Of a stretch of 64,000 nt of DNA, positions 9,992 to 19,505 are shown piece by piece. A model generated the notes under the pieces. The model saw only the letters and a program-made list of their open reading frames with translations. It searched no databases and was not told where the DNA came from. Origin of the DNA: Candidatus Binatia bacterium. GTDB taxonomy: Bacteria; Desulfobacterota; Binatia; Bin18. The stretch's first letter is position 1, and each line of letters begins with the position of its first letter. The DNA is taken from NCBI GenBank assembly GCA_963422435.1, contig OY729511.1:549420-613419 (forward strand), given 5' to 3'. The translations under genes and the position numbers were made by a program.

Positions 9992-10453
9992 CTACGAATC
10001 AGCCCTCAACAATTCAGCCAAGCGCTCATCGGCGTAATACACGACAATCGCACGTTCGGCGAAGTACCATTCCCCACCATCACGGACAAAGCGGTCGTCA
10101 TAGCGACCAATTGCCTGACGGGGTGAGGTCTCGTCTTTGGCGATAAGGTCGGCGTCCATATAGGACACCACCCGCGCCTCGTCTCCGTTCAGATCAATCT
10201 GAATGTTGGAGATCTTGTGGCGGAGGTGGGTCAGTTTCGCACGGAAGTATTTATGGTAGTTCGCATACCATTCGCGCACAGCCTCACGACCGTTATAGCC
10301 ATCGTTCTCTTCAAGGCTGACCACTAGCCGTCCGTTGGGATGAAAGAGCGCGGCCACCTCATCCGCGTTGCCACGATCGACCGCATGACAGTAGCGATCA
10401 ATTACCCGGCGAATGGCGGCTTCATCCATGACCCGACGCATTTCGTCACTCAT
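9992..10453 (-). CDS. NTF2/SnoaL-like protein
   Basis: IRRVIDRYCHAVDRG, RHKISN and GRYDDRFVRDGGEW. Confidence 0.85.
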   Translation of the reverse strand: MSDEMRRVMDEAAIRRVIDRYCHAVDRGNADEVAALFHPNGRLVVSLEENDGYNGREAVREWYANYHKYFRAKLTHLRHKISNIQIDLNGDEARVVSYMDADLIAKDETSPRQAIGRYDDRFVRDGGEWYFAERAIVVYYADERLAELLRADS

Positions 10454-10479
10454 TGGCTTGCCTCCTTGCATGCAGTATT

Positions 10480-10812
10480 TTCTTCCTCAAGGTCAGTCGA
10501 TTTAGAGACTTCACTACCACCTATCCGGTCAAAGTCTCCATTCGCGGTCGCCAGTTTTGTGAGCCCCTGTTCACGCATATGGGCAATAACAAAAGAGTCA
10601 TGCGTTAGCAGCCCTTCCTCTCGTCGAATTTCCACACTTTTCCTTACGACTTCGGTCGTCAGATCAAGAACGGTGAGATTCATCTGGAGAATGTTGCTTA
10701 TATCATCATGCTACTGGGTGAGTTGTTTCACTAGCTCTGGGCTTTCTCCGAGCTTCCGTACAGCTCTCCCCCCGGAGACCAGCCCTTTCGCAACCGCTTC
10801 AGCGACCATCAG
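10480..10812 (-). pseudogene. PIN-domain (VapC-like) toxin remnant
   Basis: LMVAEAVAKGLVSGG, a frameshift, then KQLTQ-TAG(10711-10713)-HDD, then GLLTHDS...LATANGDFDRI (PIN C-terminal motif). No N-terminus. Confidence 0.65.
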
Positions 10813-10828
10813 GCAAAGTGGTAGTATC

Positions 10829-11287
10829 CTACGCCACCGGCTCCAGCACTACCACCGGAATCTCGCGCTCGGTCTTGGCCTGATAGTCGGTATAGGGCGG
10901 ATAAATGGCCGCCATTTTTTCCCACAGCGCAGCCCGCTCTTCTCCGCGGGTAGTGCGCGCCTTGGCCTTAAAACGTCTGTCCAGCACCTGCACCTCAACC
11001 TCCGCGTTGGCGGCCAGGTTCAGATACCAGCCGGGATGTTTGGGGGCGCCGCCTTTGGAGGCGACGATAATGTAGTTTCCATCCGCCTCGCCATAAATTA
11101 AGGGCATGATGTCCGGCTTGCCTGACCGCCGACCGGTTGTGGTCAGCAACAGTGTCGGGAGGAGCCCCGGGCCGCCAACCGGCGCGGAATCCCACATATG
11201 CCCGTCGGCGCCATCCGTATCGAGGTAGCGCTGTAAATGGTCTGCAATCCAGCTTGGCAGATTATCCGGTATTTTGGCCTCACTCAT
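10829..11287 (-). CDS. Deazaflavin (F420H2)-dependent nitroreductase family protein
   Basis: LLLTTTGRRSG, VASKGGAPKHPGWYLNL and YQAKTEREIPVVVL. Confidence 0.92.
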   Translation of the reverse strand: MSEAKIPDNLPSWIADHLQRYLDTDGADGHMWDSAPVGGPGLLPTLLLTTTGRRSGKPDIMPLIYGEADGNYIIVASKGGAPKHPGWYLNLAANAEVEVQVLDRRFKAKARTTRGEERAALWEKMAAIYPPYTDYQAKTEREIPVVVLEPVA

Positions 11288-11331
11288 AATATCCTCCTTT
11301 TCCTTTGATTGACTATCTGACACACTGAAAC

Positions 11332-11727
11332 TCACTGTTCCGGCAGGTCTTCCAACAGCAGGGTTCGAGCCGCCATGATGACATGCTTTTCAACCCCGTT
11401 CCGCCGATGTTTATTTGCCGCTCCAAACTCCTTGCTTTCCACCATATCAATAAACGCCGCCCGGCTTGGATAATAGACGAGAATCGCCCAGTCCCAGTCC
11501 ACATCGCCACCTTCGTGCAGGGCTGCTTCGGCGACCGGCCCGGCCCACAGCACCCGCCCGCCGCGCTCCTCAACGAGCTTCTGGACCGGTTTGGTATACC
11601 GCGCGTAGGCTTCCCGGCCCGTTCCGTCTCCGTCCAGCGAGCGCGTTCGATACTTGATCAGATTGATCATGGTGACCGGGCCGGGGTCGGACGACTCACG
11701 GAGCAAATCGACGTTGAATGTGCTCAT
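11332..11727 (-). CDS. DUF1330-like protein
   Basis: MINLIKYR, GREAYARY and LVYYPSRAAFIDM. Confidence 0.8.
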   Translation of the reverse strand: MSTFNVDLLRESSDPGPVTMINLIKYRTRSLDGDGTGREAYARYTKPVQKLVEERGGRVLWAGPVAEAALHEGGDVDWDWAILVYYPSRAAFIDMVESKEFGAANKHRRNGVEKHVIMAARTLLLEDLPEQ

Positions 11728-11746
11728 AGACTTCCTCTTGTACTGC

Positions 11747-12163
11747 TCAGAACAGGTCGAGCTGTTGTTTCTCTTCACTCGCGTTTTTCAGGGGATGGAA
11801 ACCGTGCGCTTCGGCCCAATCCGGGTCGGGACCTTGCCAGCCGAAGCGTCCGAGATCGGTCACGCCTTTGATCGTAAAAGTAACCCCTTCCTGCTCCAGT
11901 AAAGCCTGCTGACGTTGCCCGGTGCTCACTCTGCCTTGGGCATTAATGACCCGCTGCCACGGCACGGGCGGATCTGGCTGTCCGTTCCGCAAAGCGGCCA
12001 TGGCGTCACCCACCTCCCGCGCGGTCACCGGCGGTCCCATGACTTGGGCGATTTGGCCGTAGGTTGCCACCCGCCCGTATGGAATTTGCCGGGCAATCTC
12101 GTAAACGCGCAGAAACGCCGGACGCGGCTCGGCGGGTCCTCCGGCTCGATCAGGATGCTGCAT
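11747..12163 (-). CDS. Alkyltransferase-like (ATL, YbaZ-type) O6-alkylguanine-binding protein
   Basis: IPYGRVATYGQIA and PWQRV, with Trp replacing the catalytic Cys of PCHRV. C-terminus is QQLDLF. Confidence 0.88.
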   Translation of the reverse strand: MQHPDRAGGPAEPRPAFLRVYEIARQIPYGRVATYGQIAQVMGPPVTAREVGDAMAALRNGQPDPPVPWQRVINAQGRVSTGQRQQALLEQEGVTFTIKGVTDLGRFGWQGPDPDWAEAHGFHPLKNASEEKQQLDLF

Positions 12164-12184
12164 CCGGCTTCCTCTCCGTCGTTC

Positions 12185-13309
12185 TCAGGTAAAGCGCGGC
12201 ATCACTTTGGTGGCAAAGATCTCGAAGCTGCGCAGAATGGTATCACGCGGCAGGAGCCCATCGCCCAGCAGAAAAAACATTTCGTCCGTCCCGATTTTCT
12301 GGGCCAGCTCGATTTTGCGCGACACGCTGTCCGGGTCGCCGATCAAGGGTTCGGCAACCCCCAGTCCAAACGGAATGCCCCATTTTTCCCAGAACCAGCG
12401 GGTGTCTGCCATGATCTGTGACGTTTCCGAGGGATTTTCCGTGAGCACGAGTTGGCCGCCTAAGGCCAGCTCGGTGCCGGGTTGTACTGTCCGGCCTCCC
12501 TTTTCCGCCTCTTCCCGATAGACCGTTTGCAGGCGGGCGCAGAGCTCCTCGTGCAGGAGAATGATAATCGGCTTCCCGCCTTCCCGACCCCAATATCGAA
12601 TGGATTCCGTATTATGGGTAAAGCCGGCATACAGCGGCGGGTGGGGCTTCTGGTACGGCCGCGGCGCAATGCCGATCTCTTCTATGCTCATGTCGTCCTG
12701 CACCCCGGCGCCGAACTGCGTATACGCTTCCATGGGGTGCGGATTTTTTGCGCCTTCAGGTGGAAACTGCCAGAACTCGCCACGATGGGAAAACGTATCG
12801 TTGCTCCAGGCCTTCTTGATGACCGCGACCGACTCTTCAAACGCTCGGCGGTTTTTGAGATCGGACGCTTGTTTTTTATTCCAATGCCCGACGGCTTCGA
12901 CGCCGGGCAGACTGCCGTAATTCTGGACCCAGCGCGCCTGATAGCCACGCACAAAGGCCACATTCAGGCGGCCCTCCAGCATATGATCCATCATGGCCAC
13001 ATCCTCAGCCACGCGCAGGGGATTGTGGGTATTGAGGACATAGCCCAGCACGTCAACCTTTAAGCGCGTGGAGTGCTGGCCGATAAACATGCTCAGCAAA
13101 CCGGGGCTGCCGGTGGCTTCCATACCCTCGATCTGAAGGTGGTGCTCGGGATGCCCGAAGCCCTCAAAGCCGGCTTGGTCACACACCGTGACGTATTCCT
13201 TGAGGTCTTTGAGCATACGCTGATAGAGCTCGGGCCGCTTGCCGGCCATACCGCCTTCGAGCTCTTTTCGGGTCCCCACCGTACAATAGGCAATCGCGTG
13301 AAATTTCAT
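12185..13309 (-). CDS. LLM-class flavin-dependent oxidoreductase
   Basis: PEHH, HNPLRVAED, GRLNVAFVRGY and PRPYQKPHPP. Confidence 0.88.
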   Translation of the reverse strand: MKFHAIAYCTVGTRKELEGGMAGKRPELYQRMLKDLKEYVTVCDQAGFEGFGHPEHHLQIEGMEATGSPGLLSMFIGQHSTRLKVDVLGYVLNTHNPLRVAEDVAMMDHMLEGRLNVAFVRGYQARWVQNYGSLPGVEAVGHWNKKQASDLKNRRAFEESVAVIKKAWSNDTFSHRGEFWQFPPEGAKNPHPMEAYTQFGAGVQDDMSIEEIGIAPRPYQKPHPPLYAGFTHNTESIRYWGREGGKPIIILLHEELCARLQTVYREEAEKGGRTVQPGTELALGGQLVLTENPSETSQIMADTRWFWEKWGIPFGLGVAEPLIGDPDSVSRKIELAQKIGTDEMFFLLGDGLLPRDTILRSFEIFATKVMPRFT

Positions 13310-13361
13310 ACAGTTTGTACTCTCGCCTTTCGCGTCGTCAGCCTACCCCATATACCCCCAC

Positions 13362-13390
13362 AAAAAAAAGGTGGGTCCGGCGGATCCACC
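13362..13390 (-). terminator. Rho-independent terminator after the TauD gene
   Basis: Minus strand reads GGTGGATCC-GCC-GGACCCACC followed by T8. Confidence 0.8.
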
Positions 13391-13445
13391 CTCCGAGGCA
13401 AAAGCAGCAACAGGAAGAGAGCGCATGGAGTGGTTGCGCGTCTCT

Positions 13446-14294
13446 CTACATTGGCACCGAGCCCTTGAGCAGGATGCGTTGATGGATACGGCGTTGGCCC
13501 GGAGGAAAGTCCATATTGACCGAGTGCGTCACGCTGCGGTTATCCCACATGAGCACATCCCCGACCCGCCAGGCATGATGATACTGATATCGTGGCTGGG
13601 TCATATGGGTATGGATTTGATCAAGCAGCGCATCACTTGCTTCCCGTTCCATCTCCAGGATGCGGTCGGTCCGGTTCGAGTTGAAATAGATCGCTTTTTG
13701 GGCCGTCTCATCATGGGTGCGAATCAAGGGATGAGCGACATCCGGCGTTTCGACCGCTTCTTCCTGGGTACGCTTCACGGCTCGGGCCGGGGCACGCAGG
13801 GTGTCATAGCTGTGAATGGCCCGCAGGCTGTCGAGGCGAGCTTTCATGTCGGTGGATAAATCTTCATAGGCCGCGCGCGCATTACAAAAGCGGGTTTCCC
13901 CGCCGTGTTCAGGAATTTCCAGAGCCTGCAAGAGCGTCACTTTTGCCGGGACCGCAAAATAGGAGTCATCCGTATGCCAACCCGAGCGCCGGTCGAGGAG
14001 CAAGTCGGCGGGTTTGTCTTCCGCCTTTTTATACGTACTATTAAAGACTGAGACTTCCGGGGCCTCCTCAACCCGCATATTCCGCAGCAGTTGGATCTGT
14101 GGTTCTCCAAAATACCGGCCGACTTGGGCAAAGGCCGCCGGCGTCAGCGGCGCTGAGCGCAAACACACGAGGTGACAGGTCAAAAAGGCGTCTTTGATGG
14201 CCGCGACGGTCGTGGCGCTGACCGGCTGTGTCCAATCGACACCGGCTACCTCAGCCCCGAGGGCATCACTTAACGGCTGAATCTGAAGCGTCAT
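13446..14294 (-). CDS. TauD/TfdA-family 2-oxoglutarate/Fe(II) dioxygenase
   Basis: WHTD, GGETRF, HPLIRTH and WDNRSVTH (HxD...H triad). Confidence 0.92.
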   Translation of the reverse strand: MTLQIQPLSDALGAEVAGVDWTQPVSATTVAAIKDAFLTCHLVCLRSAPLTPAAFAQVGRYFGEPQIQLLRNMRVEEAPEVSVFNSTYKKAEDKPADLLLDRRSGWHTDDSYFAVPAKVTLLQALEIPEHGGETRFCNARAAYEDLSTDMKARLDSLRAIHSYDTLRAPARAVKRTQEEAVETPDVAHPLIRTHDETAQKAIYFNSNRTDRILEMEREASDALLDQIHTHMTQPRYQYHHAWRVGDVLMWDNRSVTHSVNMDFPPGQRRIHQRILLKGSVPM

Positions 14295-14385
14295 CGCTCT
14301 TCCTCCCACATGGCCGGACCGATTGGCCGCAGCGCACGAGTTCGTCTCTTCATTTATGCCAGGCGGACGAGAAAAAAATCAACCA

Positions 14386-15165
14386 TCAGAAATGTGCCAG
14401 GTAGCCGCCGTCAACCGCCAGCACCTGTCCGGTGATATACGAGGCCGGCGGCGAGGCCAGGAAAACCGCCGCCCCCGCGATTTCCGCGGGCTCGCCCCAG
14501 CGTCCGAGAGCAGTCCGCCGTTTCAGCATGCTGGCAATTTTTCGGTCCGCGACAAGAGCGCTGTTGGTCGCGGTGGCAAAAAATCCCGGCGCAATGGCGT
14601 TGACGGTAATGCCGAACGGCCCCAGCTCAGCCGCCAGCGCCCGCGTCAGCGCTTCGAGCCCACCCTTGGTCGCGGTATAGGCGGCATCCCCACTATTGGC
14701 AATCGGGCCGGCGATTGAGGTGATATTAATAATGCGACCGCCGCCCTGTCCGGTCATCAGGCGGCCCGCTTCCCGGCTCACATTGAACGGCGCAAGCAGG
14801 TTCACGTCGAGGAGTTGGCGGACCGCATTCAGCTCGAAGTCGAAGAGTTTGCGACGATCGCGCCGGCCAACATTATTTACTAGAATATCGAGCCGACCGT
14901 AGGTCGCTCGAATGTGTTGGAAGGCGGCAGACACGGCCCCTTCGTCGGCAATATCGCATACCAGCGCCTCGGCCCGGCCACCCTCAGCGGTAATGGCGGC
15001 CAGCGCCGGCTCGAGCCGGTCCCGGCTGCGACCGTTGACCAACACCTGGGCCCCCTGCCGCCCAAAGGCTCGGCCGATTTCCAGGCCCAGCCCGCGCCCC
15101 CCGCCGGTAATCAGCGCGATTTTTCCCTCAAGCGAAAAGGCGGATGGTGTCACGACCGTCGGCAT
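14386..15165 (-). CDS. Short-chain dehydrogenase (gluconate 5-dehydrogenase-like)
   Basis: TGGGRGLG, LVNNVG and YTATK; start overlaps the upstream stop (TGATG). Confidence 0.9.
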   Translation of the reverse strand: MPTVVTPSAFSLEGKIALITGGGRGLGLEIGRAFGRQGAQVLVNGRSRDRLEPALAAITAEGGRAEALVCDIADEGAVSAAFQHIRATYGRLDILVNNVGRRDRRKLFDFELNAVRQLLDVNLLAPFNVSREAGRLMTGQGGGRIINITSIAGPIANSGDAAYTATKGGLEALTRALAAELGPFGITVNAIAPGFFATATNSALVADRKIASMLKRRTALGRWGEPAEIAGAAVFLASPPASYITGQVLAVDGGYLAHF

Positions 15166-15998
15166 CAGGCGCTGAGACCGCAGCCCCACTCGATGCCATT
15201 GCGGAGCAGTTGTTCAAACGGCTGGGTATCCCATGAGCCGCGAAAAACCTGAGGCGTTGTGCTCCCAGCATCGACACTCGCATCGACAAACGGCTGCATA
15301 TTGCTAGTCGTTGCGTGGCAGTGCCCCAGCGCAATATAGGCGACCCCTCCCCGGCCTAAGGCGCGGGAAAAACCCAGCACCCGAGTTTTTCCATCCGCTT
15401 GTAGGGCAGTGTCCTCATCGTACACAAAGCCAAAGCCCGGCGGGGACGGGTCTTTTGCCAGCTCAGTAGTCAGCAGAATATCTGAAGCCGCCGGCTCCTG
15501 GAGTTCAATCAGATACAGCTCGTCCATGACCTCAAACGAAGCGGGCAGGTCCTTGGTCAGGACATGCTGCTGATTGACCACATCAACCCGGAACTTGCGT
15601 AGCGGCGGATGGTTCAGAAAGAAACCGCCCAAGGTCGTATGGTGGTCGGCTTTGACCATTTTGCGCACGCGCCGATCATCGCCGACCGGCGCAGCCTTTC
15701 CGCCACTCGTCCCATGCAGCCCCAGCCAACACCCGCCGTCTTCGAGCCACTGCCGGAGAAAGCTATTCTGTGCTTTGTTGGGGAAAGGACCGGCGACATA
15801 GGTCACCAGCAACTGACACCCAGGCAGCCATTTGTCTATGTCGGTAAAGTCGCCGCTGACCGAGGCCGTGAGAGTCGGCTGCTCGTGTAAAAGCTGAAGA
15901 AGCCGCAGCCGGGCATAGTCCATGTCGTGCCCGGCCGGAGAGCCCACCGGGAACCCACCGGTAATCACGTGGACGCGAACGGGTTGGGGATGACTCAT
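15165..15998 (-). CDS. ThuA-like (class I glutamine amidotransferase fold) protein
   Basis: WLGLHG, DELY, GRGGVAYIALGH and LLRNGIEW. Confidence 0.75.
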   Translation of the reverse strand: MSHPQPVRVHVITGGFPVGSPAGHDMDYARLRLLQLLHEQPTLTASVSGDFTDIDKWLPGCQLLVTYVAGPFPNKAQNSFLRQWLEDGGCWLGLHGTSGGKAAPVGDDRRVRKMVKADHHTTLGGFFLNHPPLRKFRVDVVNQQHVLTKDLPASFEVMDELYLIELQEPAASDILLTTELAKDPSPPGFGFVYDEDTALQADGKTRVLGFSRALGRGGVAYIALGHCHATTSNMQPFVDASVDAGSTTPQVFRGSWDTQPFEQLLRNGIEWGCGLSA

Positions 15999-16172
15999 AA
16001 GACGACCTCCTTTTTCCGGGTCCGACCAATCCTCCCGGTAGCCGTCACCCTACCAAATCTGGCGACAGGCGACCAGCCACAGCCCCTCTTTTGACAGCCC
16101 GGAAAAACCCATACTATTCCGGCCATTATCCCGGACGTCGCCTGACCCGTCCGGGACAAGACGAGGAGCACA

Positions 16173-17459
16173 ATGTCAACGCAAGCCATTGAGACTACCC
16201 GCTTTCTTTCTCACAACGCCGTGCGGACAATCGCCCAGCAGTTCGGGACACCGGTGTATATCTACGACGAGGCGCGACTCACGCGGGCCGCCCAAGAGGT
16301 GTTGCACTTTCCAAACGCCTTCGGTCTGACTGCGCGCTACGCCATGAAGGCCCTGCCCAACGGCACTATTCTCCGTTTGTTTGACCGTTTGGGCCTCCAC
16401 TTCGACGCCAGCTCCGGCTTTGAGGTCGAACGGGCCATGCAGGCCGGCATCGCCGCCCAGAAGATTGCCCTGACCGCCCAGGAACTCCCGCAGAATTTTC
16501 AGGCCTTGCACGCCGCCGGCGTCGCATTCAACGCCTGTTCGCTGGCACAGTTGCGCTATTTTGGCGAGCATTTTCCAGGCCAGGAAATCGGCCTCCGTTT
16601 CAACCCCGGTCTCGGCTCGGGCGGGATGAACCGGACCAATGTGGGTGGCCCGGCGGCCAGTTTCGGTATTTGGCACGAAGACAGAGCCGCCGTCCAGGCC
16701 ATTGTCCGAAAACATGCGCTCAAGGTCATTCGTATTCATACCCATATCGGCTCAGGCTCAGATCCCGAGGTATGGCAGCATGTGGCCGGTATGAGTATCG
16801 GCTTGTTAGAGCATTTTCCAGACGCGCATACGCTCAACCTCGGCGGTGGATATAAAGTGGGACGGATGAGCCACGAAACCTCAACCGACCTGCAAGAGGT
16901 CGGCCAGCCCGTGGTTCAGATCTTTGTGGCCTTTGGGGAGGCAACGGGCAGAAGAATCCGCCTGGAAGTCGAGCCGGGGACGTATCTGGTCGCCAATGCT
17001 GGCTGCGTGATTACCACGATCCAGGACCGGACCCGTACGGGCAAAGACGGCTATGATTTTCTCAAGATCGACAGCGGCATGACCGAGGTGCTGCGGCCAA
17101 GCATGTATGGCGCGCAGCATCCGCTCGTTGTTGTCCCGGCAACAGAGGCAGCCGCGCAGGAGCAACGACCGACCAGAGACGCCATTGTTGCCGGCCACTG
17201 TTGTGAATCCGGTGATATCCTGACGCCTTCGGCCGGCGACCCGGAGGCGCTGGAACCCCGCGCGCTCCGTGACGCCGCTATTGGCGACTATCTGATCATT
17301 GAGGGCTCGGGCGCATACTGCTCCGGCATGAGTTCCAAAAACTACAACTCATTCCCGGAAGCGCCGGAGGTGCTCTACCGCGGGCTGAAGCAAGAGCCCG
17401 TACTCATCCGCAAGCGGCAGACGCTGGACCAGATCATTCAGAATGAGGTGTTGGCATAG
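16173..17459 (+). CDS. lysA: Diaminopimelate decarboxylase
   Basis: YAMKA PLP lysine, HTHIGSG, NLGGG, EPGTY and GHCCESGD. Confidence 0.92.
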   Translation: MSTQAIETTRFLSHNAVRTIAQQFGTPVYIYDEARLTRAAQEVLHFPNAFGLTARYAMKALPNGTILRLFDRLGLHFDASSGFEVERAMQAGIAAQKIALTAQELPQNFQALHAAGVAFNACSLAQLRYFGEHFPGQEIGLRFNPGLGSGGMNRTNVGGPAASFGIWHEDRAAVQAIVRKHALKVIRIHTHIGSGSDPEVWQHVAGMSIGLLEHFPDAHTLNLGGGYKVGRMSHETSTDLQEVGQPVVQIFVAFGEATGRRIRLEVEPGTYLVANAGCVITTIQDRTRTGKDGYDFLKIDSGMTEVLRPSMYGAQHPLVVVPATEAAAQEQRPTRDAIVAGHCCESGDILTPSAGDPEALEPRALRDAAIGDYLIIEGSGAYCSGMSSKNYNSFPEAPEVLYRGLKQEPVLIRKRQTLDQIIQNEVLA

Positions 17460-17478
17460 CGCAGACAGGGCGCTGTCG

Positions 17479-18306
17479 TCAGCGCGGGTCGGCCTCCAGG
17501 TTCTTCTGCAGCGAATCGCCGATAAACGGCCGCAACCAATACGGATTCAGAAATTCCTGCTCGATAAAACGCGGATCGTCACTCAGCGACGGGCCGTGGT
17601 CCACCGTCGTCCAGTAGGCATAGAACTGCGCGTGCAGGAGCGGGTCGGAGATGGTAAAATCCCCCGTTTGCTCACGCTGCTTCAGCCAGGCATGCATGGC
17701 GTCAAAGGCTTCAAGCCCGGCCTGTTGCCATAAGATTCGCCCGCCGCCGTACTCCTTGTATAAATGACGCTGGAGTTTCCAGTTGGCAACCATCCAGCCG
17801 GCAAAATGTCGTCCGGGCGGTCTGAGCTGGATGTTAATCGCCTGCCGTTCGTCCTCAAGCCGTTGTTTCTCCTCCGCCGCCAGCCCAGGCTGGGCAAGTG
17901 CCTGTTCGATCTCCGCCCGGCGGTCTTTGAGCGGATGGTCCTGAGCCTTGAGACGTTCATTATGCCAGCCATCAAAATGCGCAGTCGCAGTCGAGACCTC
18001 ACGCTCCGTGGGTTGAAGCGCATTCCTGTGGGCCGCGCGATACTGCCGCATCACCGGATGGCTGAACAGATTGTGCAGCGCATTTGAGAGCGCGACACCC
18101 ACTGTGGCCGTGAGTTGGTCTCTATATACAGGCTGTCCCAGCACTGCGCCAATCTGCTCACGCGGCGTTTCTTCGGCGGAAGCGAAAACAGGCAAGCACG
18201 GCAGCAGACTGAGAATAAACAGTCTTGGCCATTGCCCCCCGGACCTCCGCCCCCCTGGCACTCCGCTTTTCATCGTCAAAGAACGTGCGGCTGTGTTATT
18301 TTTCAT
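17479..18306 (-). CDS. Hypothetical exported protein
   Basis: Hydrophobic signal-like segment (LFILSLLPCLPVFASA) and a helical charged body. Start uncertain. Confidence 0.6.
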   Translation of the reverse strand: MKNNTAARSLTMKSGVPGGRRSGGQWPRLFILSLLPCLPVFASAEETPREQIGAVLGQPVYRDQLTATVGVALSNALHNLFSHPVMRQYRAAHRNALQPTEREVSTATAHFDGWHNERLKAQDHPLKDRRAEIEQALAQPGLAAEEKQRLEDERQAINIQLRPPGRHFAGWMVANWKLQRHLYKEYGGGRILWQQAGLEAFDAMHAWLKQREQTGDFTISDPLLHAQFYAYWTTVDHGPSLSDDPRFIEQEFLNPYWLRPFIGDSLQKNLEADPR

Positions 18307-18415
18307 TGCTTGCTAACATGGCAGAAAACTTGAGGAGAGAAAACTCCGCTCGCGGTACGGACCTGTACCGGCATACCGCAGTTTTCTCATTCACTTCCGC
18401 CGGACCGCATGATAG

Positions 18416-19462
18416 ACCTCTTTTCACACCGCTCCAGAGGAAAGGAAACGCGCAGCCTATCAATATACCGTTTACGGTCTGGAACTCAGCCTGTTCACCC
18501 GCAAACTCGAAGCGGCCCTGATTTTTTATGGCGCACCGTTTGTCCGCAAGCCAAAAACCCAGACCAACCGGCAGGAGATTGAGCACCGGTCAGGGACCCA
18601 TCAAGTCCCGGTCTTACACACGCCCGAGAACTGGATGATCGGCGATACGACGCCCCTGATGATGCTGCTGGACAATCGGTATCCCGCCCGAGCGATGTTT
18701 CCTCACGGTCCGCTTGGCGTGCTGGTGCATATCATTGAAGAATTCTTAGACGAGTGGGTGGCACGGGTGATGGTCCATTACCGGTGGCATTATGAAGAGA
18801 GCAGCCGCTTTGCCGCCGAGCGAATTACCCGAGCGACCATGCCGGACGCGGACGAGGCAACCATTGCTGCTGCTCTCACAAACGCGCCGATTGCAGAATG
18901 GGGAAAGCGCGCTTGTCGTGCCACCGGCACCGCCTCCGAGAAACAACAACGCGCGGCAGAGGCCGAATATACCCGCATTCTTGATGCCATGGACCGACAA
19001 CTTCAGCAGACGCCCTATCTGTTAGGCAGTCGTCCGTGCGCGGTCGATACCATCGTCCTGGGCGGCCTGTGGGCGCACACCTATATGGACCCCGCCCCAA
19101 AGAAGCTCGTCTCTCAGTATCCCCGTATTGTAGCGTGGTGCGAGCAGGGCGCAGACCGCTGGGACGGGACTGGAGAGCTGGCGCCGTTCCCGCAATCGAC
19201 TCCTTTTGCGCAAATGATACTCGCGGAAATGCCCACAACCTATAGGCCCTACATCCTGGCGAACTCCCAGGCCCAAGCCAGCGGCACGAGAGCCTTTGTT
19301 GTGACAACCTATGCAGAAGAGGTCAGCTATCTCTCCCGCCCCTATCCCGAGTTATCCCGGCACATGCTCGTCAACCGCATTGCGAATCAAATCAACGCAG
19401 AAGAACGCCTGACCGTCCAAAACTGGCTGGCCGCGGTTGGGCTGGCAGAATGTTTTCGCTGA
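18416..19462 (+). CDS. Glutathione S-transferase family protein with no canonical start codon for its N-domain
   Basis: The frame upstream of ATG 18635 reads YTVYGLELSLFTRKLEAAL...QVPVL...DTT (GST N-domain). After stops at 18410-18415 there is no in-frame ATG/GTG/TTG before 18635. Confidence 0.7.
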   Translation, partial: TSFHTAPEERKRAAYQYTVYGLELSLFTRKLEAALIFYGAPFVRKPKTQTNRQEIEHRSGTHQVPVLHTPENWMIGDTTPLMMLLDNRYPARAMFPHGPLGVLVHIIEEFLDEWVARVMVHYRWHYEESSRFAAERITRATMPDADEATIAAALTNAPIAEWGKRACRATGTASEKQQRAAEAEYTRILDAMDRQLQQTPYLLGSRPCAVDTIVLGGLWAHTYMDPAPKKLVSQYPRIVAWCEQGADRWDGTGELAPFPQSTPFAQMILAEMPTTYRPYILANSQAQASGTRAFVVTTYAEEVSYLSRPYPELSRHMLVNRIANQINAEERLTVQNWLAAVGLAECFR

Positions 19463-19505
19463 GTTTTCACCATTTGGCCTGATCCGTTCTGAAGGAGGCA
19501 TTTCT

